Below, one piece after another: positions 24,201 to 35,805 of a DNA stretch of 64,000 nt. Every line of letters begins with the position of its first letter. Within the stretch, counting starts at the first letter, position 1. The stretch is from positions 85,213 through 149,212 of the forward strand of contig NIVC01002694.1 in the NCBI GenBank assembly GCA_002269645.1, in the 5' to 3' direction. A model generated the notes under the pieces. The model made no database searches. It worked only from the letters and a program-made list of their open reading frames with translations, and had not been told where the DNA came from. The stretch comes from Macrostomum lignano. Its lineage: Eukaryota. The position numbers and the translations under genes are program-made.

Positions 24201-27200
24201 GACTGCCTGCTATCCTTAATTTGCCTTTGCTTTATCTGCTCATTGAGATAGAGGCTATGAAATCTACCTCTTGACTCATTAGAGATAAATGTTAAATTAA
24301 GTGTCCTCTGGCTTTATGCCAATAAAAACTATAATCTTATATATGTACTTTGTCCACTGCAACCTTACCAATATCTACATTGACCTAGACAATGTCCACC
24401 TTCCACTCTCAATATTAGAAGGGGCTTTTTAACTACTATCCTTAGTCAAAACAGAATTCCACTGAATATCAGCATAAACTGACATAGCCAAGGCATTCAC
24501 TGTTTCATTGATAGCTCACTGTTTAATAGCCATGCTAGAGTGGGTATTGCTATCTTTCATGAGGATAAAATGCTTTTCTAGGAAAGTCTACACCTCAGTT
24601 TTCTAATCTAAAATGTGTGCCATTGAGCAGTGTATCTAGCACTTGCTCTAGGCAAATATTAATCATTTTGATATTAATTTTTACACTAATAGCCAAGTTG
24701 CTATCAAGGCCTTAACTACTAACAAAATCTCTGCTGTTACAGTATCTTAATGCCACTGTAATATGCAATCTCTTTTAGTCTTTAATAGGATTAAAACTAT
24801 TTAGATCTCTAGTCAAAGCAATATCCCAAGTAATAAGCTTATAGATTCTTTTGCCAAAGAAGGTAGCAACCTTAATGGCAACTATTATGTAATAAGGCTA
24901 TCCCTTCTCAGTTGCAAGTCACTTTCTATAACAATAGGTGGCTCTATCAGCAACATGGGAATAGTTGCATTGACCATAAGCAGACCTAATCTGCATAGCC
25001 TGAATAAGAAAGTCTTTGAATATTTAATCTCACTTAATAGAACCAACCTTAAGGAGATATGCATAGTCTTAACTAGCCATAGATTCTTCTAAAGATATCT
25101 CATTGCAAACTGGCTGCCTTCCTACTTGTCCTTTCTATAGTATATGAGAAGACTATGGAGTATCATATCATCTTTTGCCCTTATTTAATAAAGTATAGTA
25201 CAAATATCTTGGCCACTCCCAATAGATAGACAAGTTGACTATCATAGACAATATCCGTAGCCTGTGCTCTTTTGTCTAAGATACTGCCAGATAAGGGTCA
25301 CTGATACTTCTTCTATGAACTTGCTAAATACTAGTGGGGGCTAGGCAGACTCCCAAGGTTAATCCTTGGTCTCTTACTCTCTTTTTTATTTTGGGGTTGC
25401 AATAGGGGCCTCATGGCCTTTTTTGTGGCACTTGTGGCCTTTTTATTAGTAGGTAATAAAATAAGTAAATAGCCTAAATGATACAAGTGAAAACAGTGTA
25501 GTATATCTAGTCTTATAGAATATTTTGCTATGTGTACAACTTTCTTTCTTAGAAAATACAGTATTTAAATGTCCGCCAAATAGTAATAATTTTGTTTAAC
25601 TGTTGTGCACTCAAATAATATTCTACAAAATTTAAAAATTTGTTATAAATGCATTGTCTGATTGGTATAAATAGGAGCCTAGAATGGGCCAGGAAAAACA
25701 ACCGCTTGCTTGCTCAAGTAAGATCGTGACAATTAATCCACTTAATAAAAATCCTAAGCATTCTTACTTGGCTTATTCATTTCTATAGTATTAAGCCCCT
25801 TGTTGGGAGTATCAGAAACCGCTAAAAGCGAGAATCGCCTCAGGGCAAGAAGCACTACAGAATAGTAAGATTGCTTCAAGGCAGGAAAAATGTCTAAGGG
25901 CAGGGAAAACACATAAGGCTGTTGACCCTCTGATCCAGGGAACACCTAGGACTGAGAGAAAACTTATAGGAGTAAATAGAGTAAATAGTGCCATTAGACT
26001 GCTCAAGCCAAAGAGTACAGTACATGTACAGACGCTACCAATAAGATAAGTAGACTACCAATATAGAAGTAGATAGAAAAGTAGTCACACTACCAATAAG
26101 TAAGGTAATAAAGTACAAAGTAACAAAGTACATTTGTGCAAAAATATATTTTAAATTAAATTAAGTATAGGGGAATTAGTCCTGTAATAATAGGTAGTGG
26201 CATTGTGAGATTATTTATAGATAGAAAGTCAGCCTTTTTGACAACTTTGGTGTCAGCGGTAGGATAATTTCAGTGAGAACAATCATGCCTGTTACAACTT
26301 TGATGGCTAATTAGTGAGATTTTAATAGAGGGAAGCTAAACCCTTATCACATAAGATTTAAAAACTTAATAGCTAAAGCACTAAACTGACTAAGTTCAAA
26401 TTTTAAGACATTATTTTTTAGATTATTAATTAAAGCTGCAACTAGTCTAAGTTACTTTTTGATAAAAAATCTAAGCTTTGCTTTTGCATATTAGAGGGCC
26501 TATTAATTAATCATTTCTAGCTATCTATTATAATAAGAATAGGATTTAAAATAAAACATCTTGAATAAAAGCTTGGCTCCAAACATTTAACCTATGCTAT
26601 CATACTTGGGTGCAACCTTGGGATTCACTCAGCCATTTCTATTGGCAACACACACATGTATATCGCTATTGGACAGAATAGTAGTCACGTGACTGCTCTC
26701 AGCCAATAGCAACTTACATGTGTGTTGCCAATAGAAACGGCCAGGTGATTCCCAAGGTTGCGCACGTATGTATGCTATACTAGGATGTACTGGGTTTATT
26801 TTTTGTGCACAGAGTATTCATATATGTAACCTAAATTTTAAAATTGCACTTTGAGATTAAAAGTTGGATGCAGTTTGGGTGCAGTCTTCTAACCTATTTT
26901 TCCATTGAAGCCTGATTTGCACTGCCTTAAAAATAAGAAAAAAGAGAAATTGCACTCTGAGCCTTAAAATCTTGTCCCTGGCAAAAACCCTAAGGGTATA
27001 CTATATATAGCAAGTATGCAGAACAAACAATTTGGCCACAAGACACACAGAACAATAGAGGATTTTTTGCTAGAAAAGTGTGCATATTTTTGCATTAGAT
27101 TTAAATGGCCTAATACTAATATTAATTTACTATAGCTCTTCTAGAGCCATAGAAGATTTTTTAAATGAAGTTGTGTATACATGCACATTTATTTAATTTT

Positions 27201-27428
27201 TACTTTCTGCACAGAATGCATTATTTGTAGGGATGAATTTTGCCCTGGCCCTGGATGCCATGGTTATTTTATGTTTTGAATAGGTCTATAAATACTATAT
27301 ATATATCAAAATTAGTTGTCTTATCCCAATATATTATTTTTAGATAGTTTGTTACATTACAATTGTCATTGAGTCAAACAACAATACTTACCACTTAATG
27401 AGTTTACCAAGTCATTACTTTGACCCAT
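21227..27428 (-). CDS. PPP4R2: Protein phosphatase 4 regulatory subunit 2 (exon 1 27428-27392; exon 2 22383-21227)
   Basis: [40 protein letters not shown] matches the PPP4R2 core, followed by an acidic low-complexity tail. A 37-nt exon [12 protein letters not shown]+G|GTAAGT joins CAG|AG TTT (..SLSEFAQ..) through a phase-1 intron at the position equivalent to vertebrate intron 1. Confidence 0.9.
22985..23642. mobile_element. Degenerate foldback/MITE within PPP4R2 intron 1
   Basis: 22985-23130 aligns to the reverse complement of ~23500-23642 (shared CATTGGCCTTTA, GTGGCACTAG.TGACT.TGGTTA). Internal ~130-bp direct repeats. The arms differ largely by transitions and contain no CpG. Confidence 0.75.
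24180..25390 (+). mobile_element. Hypermutated 3' fragment of an RNase H-bearing non-LTR retrotransposon
   Basis: Decayed motifs in order: [13 protein letters not shown] (post-RT), CFIDSS (FTDGS), VF*SK..AI (VFQxE), FYTNSQVA (YTDSQAA), [14 protein letters not shown] (WIPGHxxIPGNExAD), LTSH (LTGH), CPFY..E.M..II.CP (C-terminal Cys/His motif). Confidence 0.88.
26601..26770. mobile_element. 170-bp palindromic MITE with 8-bp TSD (hAT- or P-type)
   Basis: Near-perfect palindrome centred on CACGTG (26686-26691) with ends CATAC...GTATG, flanked by TATGCTAT at 26593-26600 and 26771-26778. Confidence 0.9.
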
Positions 27429-28669
27429 TGTTGAAAGAACCATTGCTAAGAGGGCCTAAGCAACCTTTAGTTTAAGCTTTCTTTGGAAAAGACTTCTTAC
27501 TTTACTAGGTGTCACTATCGAAATAGTAATCTTAGTAGCACATACACTAGACAGAATCGCAAATTCGATAAACAGTACAGTGGTCGTGGAAACACGCAAA
27601 CGTTCAAACACTAAGCTTAGAATTCCTAAAAAATGAAGAAAATATAGCTAAACTAGGTGTAGAGTAAAGCTGATCCTGATAATACCTACAAGGGCTACTG
27701 AATTAATTCAAAGATTAATCATATTATTAAAGAAAGTATAAAATCATCTGCAATGGGTACTTGCTCATGTGATTTTTAAATTTTCTGAGTAGTGGTGTTA
27801 CGCCTGCTCCTTCCAAATTCGACCTTCGGAATTGAATAGTAGATCATTTCTCTGTCGTATAAGAAACAGCTAAAATACTAAATAATTACAAATGAAGGAT
27901 AATTTTAATTGCCTAAATTAAAGTACTACAGTCGTCTTTATTTAACTTAAAATTAACTTTTGTTAATACTGTTAAAATAATGTTTTGACTGACAACAAGT
28001 ATTTTAACATTTGATTAAGGAAAAATTAATTGAATATTTTTTGCAAGCATTTCAACTCGACGAAAGTCGACGGTATTTGTGTATTTTGTGGGTGAGTAGT
28101 TCATTGAATTTGTTTTTGGAATTTAGTTAAGAGTTTCTCTGTAATCTAAATTAAAAATCTTGCTTCTGTAAAAGTTTAGTAGAATAGCAGAATGAGTAAA
28201 GTAACACAACTATCGTATGTATAGTCCATGGTTTTAGGATTAGGATGATAAAAAGTCCTGCATGGAAAAATAAAACAAATTAAATCGTTTGCTTTCTTGC
28301 CAAAACATGTTTGGAAATCTATCAAACTTGTTTAGATCCGCTCCTACAGTTTGAACTCAGATTAATTTTTGCAAACTAATGTTCTTTTGCTTCATCTTAT
28401 ATGCTTTCGAAACAAAAATTGACGAATACAACCGCATTTTATAAAATTTATTCTATTCCAGTATTTATTTTCTTTTTCCATTAATTAAAACTTTAAAATA
28501 TCTAAAATTTTGACTCTTATGGATTGTAAAGAATAAAAAATAAACGCAGTATGAATACATTTAAGGAGAATTGCTCCATAACCAATAGATAAATTTTCGT
28601 TGTATCAACCTTTTAATATTATGCAGGTTCTTCTTTTTGGTCGAATACAATTACCAACTTATCAACGGA

Positions 28670-30749
28670 ATGGATCGCAATATGCCAGTACAGTCGGGTG
28701 GGTTGTGGAACTCAACTCCAGTGCAGTACAGTGCTCAAACCCAGCAGCTGCTTAAAGGTAAAAACCGCACTCAAGTACAGCTTGAAGTTCACTTTAACAT
28801 ACTATATTTAATTTATAATGCAAGCAAAAATTATAAAAAAATCTTGTACTTACATTTCAGACATGATGCAAGAATCAAAGCTTACTAATTTGCAAATGAG
28901 AAAAGTGTCAGAGACAATGAAAAGTAAGGATTAAGCTTTTGCAAAAAATGGCCTAAGACTTTGCCAACACATACCATTTCATTACAGCTACAATTTTTTA
29001 TATCTGCATTTTTTTCTAAATTCAGAAGGCTCCAGTCTGCCGACAGATCTGCCTCCGACGTCATCTGCCAGGCAAAGGTCAAACTCTGCCGGTAAACCGA
29101 GAGGTCCAATGCCGAAAGTTCTCAATCCAAAGTGAGACGTAGTTTTGTTTCCTTTACCAACCGTCTTTACAACATACTTGACCTCTAGTGCCATATCAGG
29201 ATGAGGTCAGAAAGTTCAGGGTTCAAAGTTCATTTACGAGCTAACTTTCATAAGCGCTTCTGGGCCATGGTTACTCGTTTATCATATTGTTGATCAACTA
29301 GCTTCTTACTCTTGGTTAATTTAGGAAGTTGTTAAGGTTAGAATTCTGAAAGTATTTTAGAGCTACACAATTATTTTTTTAATTATTTTTATGAGATTTC
29401 TAAAACAGGATTGTTTGAGTTTTAGAGCACAATCAAATGAATACTATCATTAGAAAGAAAACATACGAACCGTATTTTGGCAAAGCATCTTTTAACGCCG
29501 ATTTAACAAAACGTTATTCCGTAAGTTTCGAATCATGCTTTAACAAAAAGCACCTTTTGTAGATCTAAGAGACAAGGGGCGCACGTACTTTAAGTCACGT
29601 GATCCCCCCCGATCCAAATGACAAATTCCTGCGTATGCCTCTGTGGCTCAGCTTTGTCAAGCAGTCAGAATAGAGGCCACAGTAGCTCAGTTTTACAAAA
29701 GAAGCTGAAATTTCCCTCACCCACCAGAAACTATCAATCGAGTCTGCGTACGCGCGAACAAATCGTTGCTACGGGAGCCTACGAAAAGCCGGCCTACCGG
29801 CCAACGGGCCCGTCCGGTCGAAATCAGGACGCTGAGAAGCGACGACTGGCGAACCGCATGGCCTTCGGTGACGAGTGCCCGCCAGACGATGGACGCGGGG
29901 ACGTCGGCGGCAGCGGCGGCAGACGCAAAGGCGGAGTGAGGCGGATGACTCTGGAAGCCCCCGCTCCGGAGCCGACGCTGGACCGGTTCGACGAACTGGC
30001 CGAGGAAGTTGAGGACAGGCGTCGCTTCCTCGACCAGATGGAGGCGGCCGGGCAAGGCGCCAAGTATCGGGCCAAGATTCAGGCGGAAATATCGCAAGTG
30101 CGTGTCCACGGGGTTACGAGTAGATTATCTACCGCGGTCATTCCCGATGGGCTGGAAAAATTATATGCATCCTATACTTAAGACAGCTTCGGGCCCCCAG
30201 GAACCGGCGGCTCTATGCATGATATGGGGCCACTGGTGCTGGCGCCCCTTTGGTGCTGGCGCCCCTGATGCTAAAGATTCTGGTGCTAAAGCCCCTAGTG
30301 CTAAAGCCCCTTGTGCTGACGCACCTGCTGTATAATAAGCTTAATGTTAATATAATAAGCTTAATGCTTAACGTATAATAAGCAATTACCGATCGGTTTT
30401 TTAAAAGCCGCCCTACAACGGAAGCAAATTGAAGATATTTTTTGTCTTAATTATAAAAACTTATGTCTGCTATACATGTAAATTTTAAATCGGCTCAATT
30501 TTATAACAGTATATTTCAATTACTAAAAACTTTCTAGATATGCTTTACCATATAGCCGGTCATATTTTTTTCCGTTGAATATTTTTTGCGAACAATACTA
30601 CTGTAGACACTACTAAATAGTAGCAAAACAGGTAAATTTAAGCCATGTCGCAATTTTCATTCCAGCTCGTCAGAGAGATGGAGATTATTGACAAGAAGCG
30701 CAACGAAGAGCTGGAACGAATGATGAGGGCGGAGCGGAGCGGTCAGTAG
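28670..30749 (+). CDS. C22orf23: UPF0193/EVG1 family protein; exons 28670-28757, 28861-28923, 29026-29131, 29728-30097, 30666-30749
   Basis: Spliced translation: MDRNMPVQSGGLWNSTPVQYSAQTQQLLK|DMMQESKLTNLQMRKV..|GSSLP..PTSS..|..GAYEKPAYRP..EKRRLANRMAFG..DRFDELAEEVEDRRRFLDQMEAAGQGAKYRAKIQAEISQ|LVREMEIIDKKRNEEL. All introns are GT-AG with consistent phases, and the motifs follow EVG1 as I recall it. Confidence 0.88.
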
Positions 30750-31193
30750 GGAACTTCCAGCCTGCCTAAGTCTGAGTGCCTTGATCGCAAGCTGACATCA
30801 TCACTGCCAACTGCTTTTAAATTGATTGTGTTTATCTGACAAGAGCATGGATAAGGGAAGTAGGAGCCGACAGCCGCACTCTTGCAACTCTAAAATGAAA
30901 ATGAAACAATTTTATGTTTTGTCCAAACGTTGGTTGACATGTTTATCAAGTTTAGCCATTTAAATGCGACAGGAGATTAGGAGCAAGTAAGAAAAAGGTT
31001 CGAGTGAAATTTCTGCTTTTCCTGGCTCTTGATTGTATTTTTTCCGATGATTTCTGTAGAAGATTATGCATGGTTTTTAGGGTTGTATTTGTTGTAAGTT
31101 AAAACAAACTGTAGAAACCATGCATTACCTCAATTAAATCCCTGCTTTCAAACTCCGGGATTTATTCAGATACAACCCGCAAAACAGTTTAGA

Positions 31194-31301
31194 CCATAGA
31201 CACTGAATGCAGTGCAAAGAGGGGTCAAGGGGACGCAGTTCCTGTGCGGGTGTACGGGCGGAGCCCCACATGTAGCATCTCACTTTATTAAATGTCTATG
31301 G
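31194..31301. mobile_element. Small MITE with CCATAGAC...GTCTATGG ends
   Basis: Terminal inverted repeat (GA)CCATAGACA / TGTCTATGG(TC); superfamily not assigned. Confidence 0.5.
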
Positions 31302-32936
31302 TCCGCTTTCATCTCGGAAAGTCGACTAGAAAGGATTTAAGCGAAACATGGGAGAAGTATTAAGATATTCTATGGTTGAAGTTGGGGATGGGGGTGTGGG
31401 GGCGAAGCCCCCACATTCTTTCCATAAACAAAATACGAGCTATTATTAAGAAATTTCTCGAGTCACGAAGGAAGAGAAGAGAGAAGCTCGCTTATTTAGA
31501 TACATGCAATAATCCTTGCAATATGTCCGGGAAAGTGATCGATTAAATCCCGCAAAATAAAATCTATGTCAATAACCTCCCTGAAAGTGAGCTTTAAAGT
31601 GGTTTAAAATTCGTTGTTTAGTTTTGTGAGTAGGTGAACTGCGGAAACTTATGTGGAAGTTAAATAGAGATAAAACAAAGAACACCAAAAGTGCATTTTC
31701 TAAGGTAGTTGCAAGTACTTTTTGACCATAGACGGCAGTTAGCCAAGTACACAGAAGTTTACTTGGTGATTTAGCGCAAGAAGAAGCTTTAGCTTTGGCA
31801 GCTTAGGTCTGTGGTCAAAAAGTGAATACCTGAAAAGATGCACTTTCAACTTCATGAAGTTGGCATTCTATCTTATTCTCTGTATTCTTGGGGATAAACC
31901 TGTCAATCAGTTTTGAGAACAGAACCTGCACAAAAATTCTGAAGTTCAGATATCTTTAATTTACAACTCGCTCGGTTTTAAAGTGTTAGGCGTCCAGCTA
32001 CTCCCAACTGTTCATATAGATCTGAGATGGACTTTGTACTAATTAGTTTTTTATTTTAGTCCGTCCATTGAATCTGCAATTTAATTCTTTTAACAATTAT
32101 ACAATGTAAAAATGAACTAATGAACTACTCTTGAACTGCATAGTATTGTGCATGCACCGTTCTTTGTTATTCGTTTTAAAACTGTTCTATTGGGTATAGT
32201 TGTAATTCTCACCTGATAGCATCAAGTCGAATAATAATTAATTAATGAAAAAGCAAATAAAATTCGGATCAAGTCCCGTTGTTGAGATTTAGTCTCCGAA
32301 ACACTATAAAATCGTCAAGCTGCTTTTTTAGTAATTGCTTTTTACGGCCAGTTTGGGCTTACCACCATACATCTTACTCGTATATTCCCATAGATAGGCT
32401 GCTCTCAATGAATTCAATAAAAGAAGACCGACCACGCAAATTGCAAGAAAACATTAACTAAGCCGACAGCGTTTGAGACAATAAAATATGAGAGGTGAGA
32501 TGAGAGAAAATGGGAGAGTAGAGAACGGAGAGACGGGGAGAGAGGAGAGGCGAGAGAAAGAGAAAGAACTGCATGAGAAGAGACACAAACCTTGAGCTAT
32601 TTCTAATATATTGCTATTTCTAAGTTTCAAAAGACCCGCGAGGGCCGGATTGAGAGGCTTCACGGGCCGCAGATTGCCGAGCTCTGCTCTATGGGGCATG
32701 CTTGTGGTCGCTGAGTGGCTTATTTAGGGAATATAAGATCTATATAGGCTTACCTGAATTGAATTTAATCCAAGATATGTTTGCCAGAGTAACGGAGCTT
32801 TTGTCTATAGTAGAAATTGGACCGGGGCACAGCAGCATTTAATTTGGTCCAGCAAGCATCGCTTTGGTCCATAGCGGCTCCATAGCTTCCACTCTTAGAG
32901 TTCATTTGCAACTGCATGCAGATTCGTGGACCCCTG

Positions 32937-33412
32937 GGGGGGGTCTTTCTCGAAAGCAACTTACGATCGGCCATAGACGTAAGTTGGGTAAGCTACACTT
33001 GCGGGTTGCTCGAAGTGCTCGGAGTGTGAATGTGATCGGAGAAAATAAACGTACAGGCGAAGAATGTAGGAAGAAGTGGTGCGACGTGAAGTCCAACGTC
33101 AAAGCAAAGACAGCCCTAGTACGGAAAGACAAAATGGCTACTGGCGGGCGGTGTACAAAAAGAATCTATATAACTAAATCTAAATCTTCTACAGAATTCG
33201 TTATAGTCTAATTGCTAGTATATACTGAAGCAGACAAAAACCATTGGAATCGTTGCCCACTTCGGCCATAGACAACATTTTTCGCTTTGCGATAACTTGC
33301 GAACTGCGTAAGTTGCGAGAACTCTAGGTTAGCTTCGAGAAACGCAAGCGCAAAGTTCTGACTTACGCCTGCACTTACCATAGAACTTACAATAGTTTCG
33401 AGAAAGACCCCC
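32937..33412 (+). mobile_element. Non-autonomous PIF/Harbinger derivative retaining part of the Myb/SANT-like ORF
   Basis: TIRs GGGGGTCTTTCTCGAAA / TTTCGAGAAAGACCCCC with CTG/CAG flanks. Internal 33017-33148 translates ARSVNVIGENKRTGEECRKKWCDVKSNVKAK...TGG, typical of the Harbinger Myb-like DNA-binding protein. Confidence 0.75.
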
Positions 33413-34743
33413 CAGATTATTGCATAGCATTTTCAGATTGAATTTTTGACGTCACCTTGTATTGGAATGGAACAGTGATCAAAATTGATGTACATCTGAT
33501 TGACAGCGAGCTAATATTCCTTTATCCATGGCTTAAACTATCAACTAAGCTGACAAATGCAGCAGACTGACTGGATTTTAGCTAAATCCAATTAAAACAT
33601 TGGGTGTCTCCGAGCGCTCTTTGACTGCAGATGAGCCTCCCGCTAACTTAGAGAAGTTCAAATTCTTAGTAGAAGCCATGATAAAAGTGCGCAGACAAGC
33701 GTGCGCGCCAGCAACATTATATATACTTTCTTTTACAAATTGAACTTTCTCAGAACTGTACAGCGCTCGCGGAGTGTAAAATATAGGACCTCTCGGATCG
33801 CTGCATCGGCACTGTACGTCTCTATTAATGCATAGCCAAGTGTGTCTGCAATGGTAGGGGAGGCTGCGAGTCGGCTACAAGCCGACAAATTCATCATCTA
33901 CGAGTGGAATCAATATACATATATATATATAACTGTGAAGCTTCACATGGAGCTGGCTGTCAATAAGATTGCATTTACGTCCATAACAGTAAAGTCAAGA
34001 GGTCTATAGCCTGCTCTAGCACCAGACTTATTTGCTTCTGTGTAGGATTCGACTTTTTCTCGCGGGTGACGATAGATCCTTTTCGTCAGCTAGGAAACAA
34101 CAGGCGCTAACTCCTTCTGCGTCTCTATTACACACACCACATACAGACACACACACGCACATGCACCGTTCTACCAAGTCTTTAGTTCGTCTTGCTATAT
34201 ACATGTAACTATCCTTGACAGGTCGCGCTCTCCTAGGCTGCTTGATTCGTCTCAGACGTAGGTCGACTTAATTATAAAAGTTTTTTAATGCCTGATAATT
34301 TTTTAATGCTTGTTCAGCTCACCAATAAGTTTAATAATTGCAGCCAAGCAAAGCAACCTGTGACACAGAACTCTCTGCATGGGCCAGCTAGCCAATTTTC
34401 CATGGACTCCTAAGCATCCCTGGATTGGAAGTCAGCGAAATAAACAGAAATTAGAAATCGACGACTGGAAGAACCCACCAAACTGTTGTGGTTTTCATTG
34501 ATACGTTAAAAACCATGAACTTTAATTCAGTCAAGCCTAATATGATCATGAATAAACAACATTACAGTAGCTGAACATTTAAAGGTCACTGTTGAACAAA
34601 TGTTAGCTAAGTATTGAATTATTGATTATGGGACAACTTCGGTTAATTCAAACGATGAAAAAAATAGTTTAATCGGTTGGTTCAATGCATTGTCAGAAGT
34701 ACACTTGTTAATGGCTTAAAAATTGTATTGTCCACCTCAATAC

Positions 34744-35805
34744 AAATAAAATCTACTTGACAATGACAATGGCCATTTTGAGAGGCCATATTTAAACCCC
34801 AACACAAATAAAATCTACTTGACAATGACCAATTTGAGAGGCCATATTTAAACCCCAACACAAATAAAATCTACTTGACAATGGCCATTTTGAGAGGCCA
34901 TATTTAAACCCCAACACAAATAAAATCTACTTGACAATGGCCAATTTCAGAGGCCATATTTAAACCTCAATACGAATAAAATCTACTTGACAATGGCCAA
35001 TTTGAGAGGCCATATTTAAACCCCAATACGAATAAAATCTACTTGACAATGGCCATTTTGAGAGGCCATATTTAAACCCCAATACGAATAAAATCTACTT
35101 GACAATGGCCATTTCGAGAGGCCATATTTAAACCCCAATACGAATAAAATCTACTTGACAATGGCCATTTTGAGAGGCCATATTTAAACCCCAACACAAA
35201 TAAAATCTACTTGACAATGGCCATTTTGAGAGGCCATATTTAAACCCCAACACAAATAAAATCTACTTGACAATGGCCATTTTGAGAGGCCATATTTAAA
35301 CCCCAACAAAAATAAAATCTACTTGACAATGACTAATTTGAGAGGCCATATTTAAACCCAAATACGAGTAAAATCTATGACCAATTTGAGAGGCCATATT
35401 TAAACCCCAATACGAATAAAATCTACTTGACAATGGCCAATTTGAGAGGCCATATTTAAACCCAAATACGAATAAAATCTACTTGACAATGACAATGGCC
35501 ATTTTGAGAGGCCATATTTAAACCCCAATACGAATAAAATCTACTTGACAATGGCCATTTTGAGAGGCCATATTTAAACCCCAATACGAATAAAATCTAC
35601 TTGACAATGGCCATTTCGAGAGGCCATATTTAAACCCCAATACGAATAAAATCTACTTGACAATGGCCATTTTGAGAGGCCATATTTAAACCCCAACACA
35701 AATAAAATCTACTTGACAATGGCCATTTTGAGAGGCCATATTTAAACCCCAATACGAATAAAATCTACTTGACAATGACCAATTTGAGAGGCCATGTCTA
35801 AACCC
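34744..35805. repeat. 56-bp minisatellite, ~19 copies
   Basis: Unit AAATAAAATCTACTTGACAATGGCCATTTTGAGAGGCCATATTTAAACCCCAACAC with minor variants. Confidence 0.95.
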
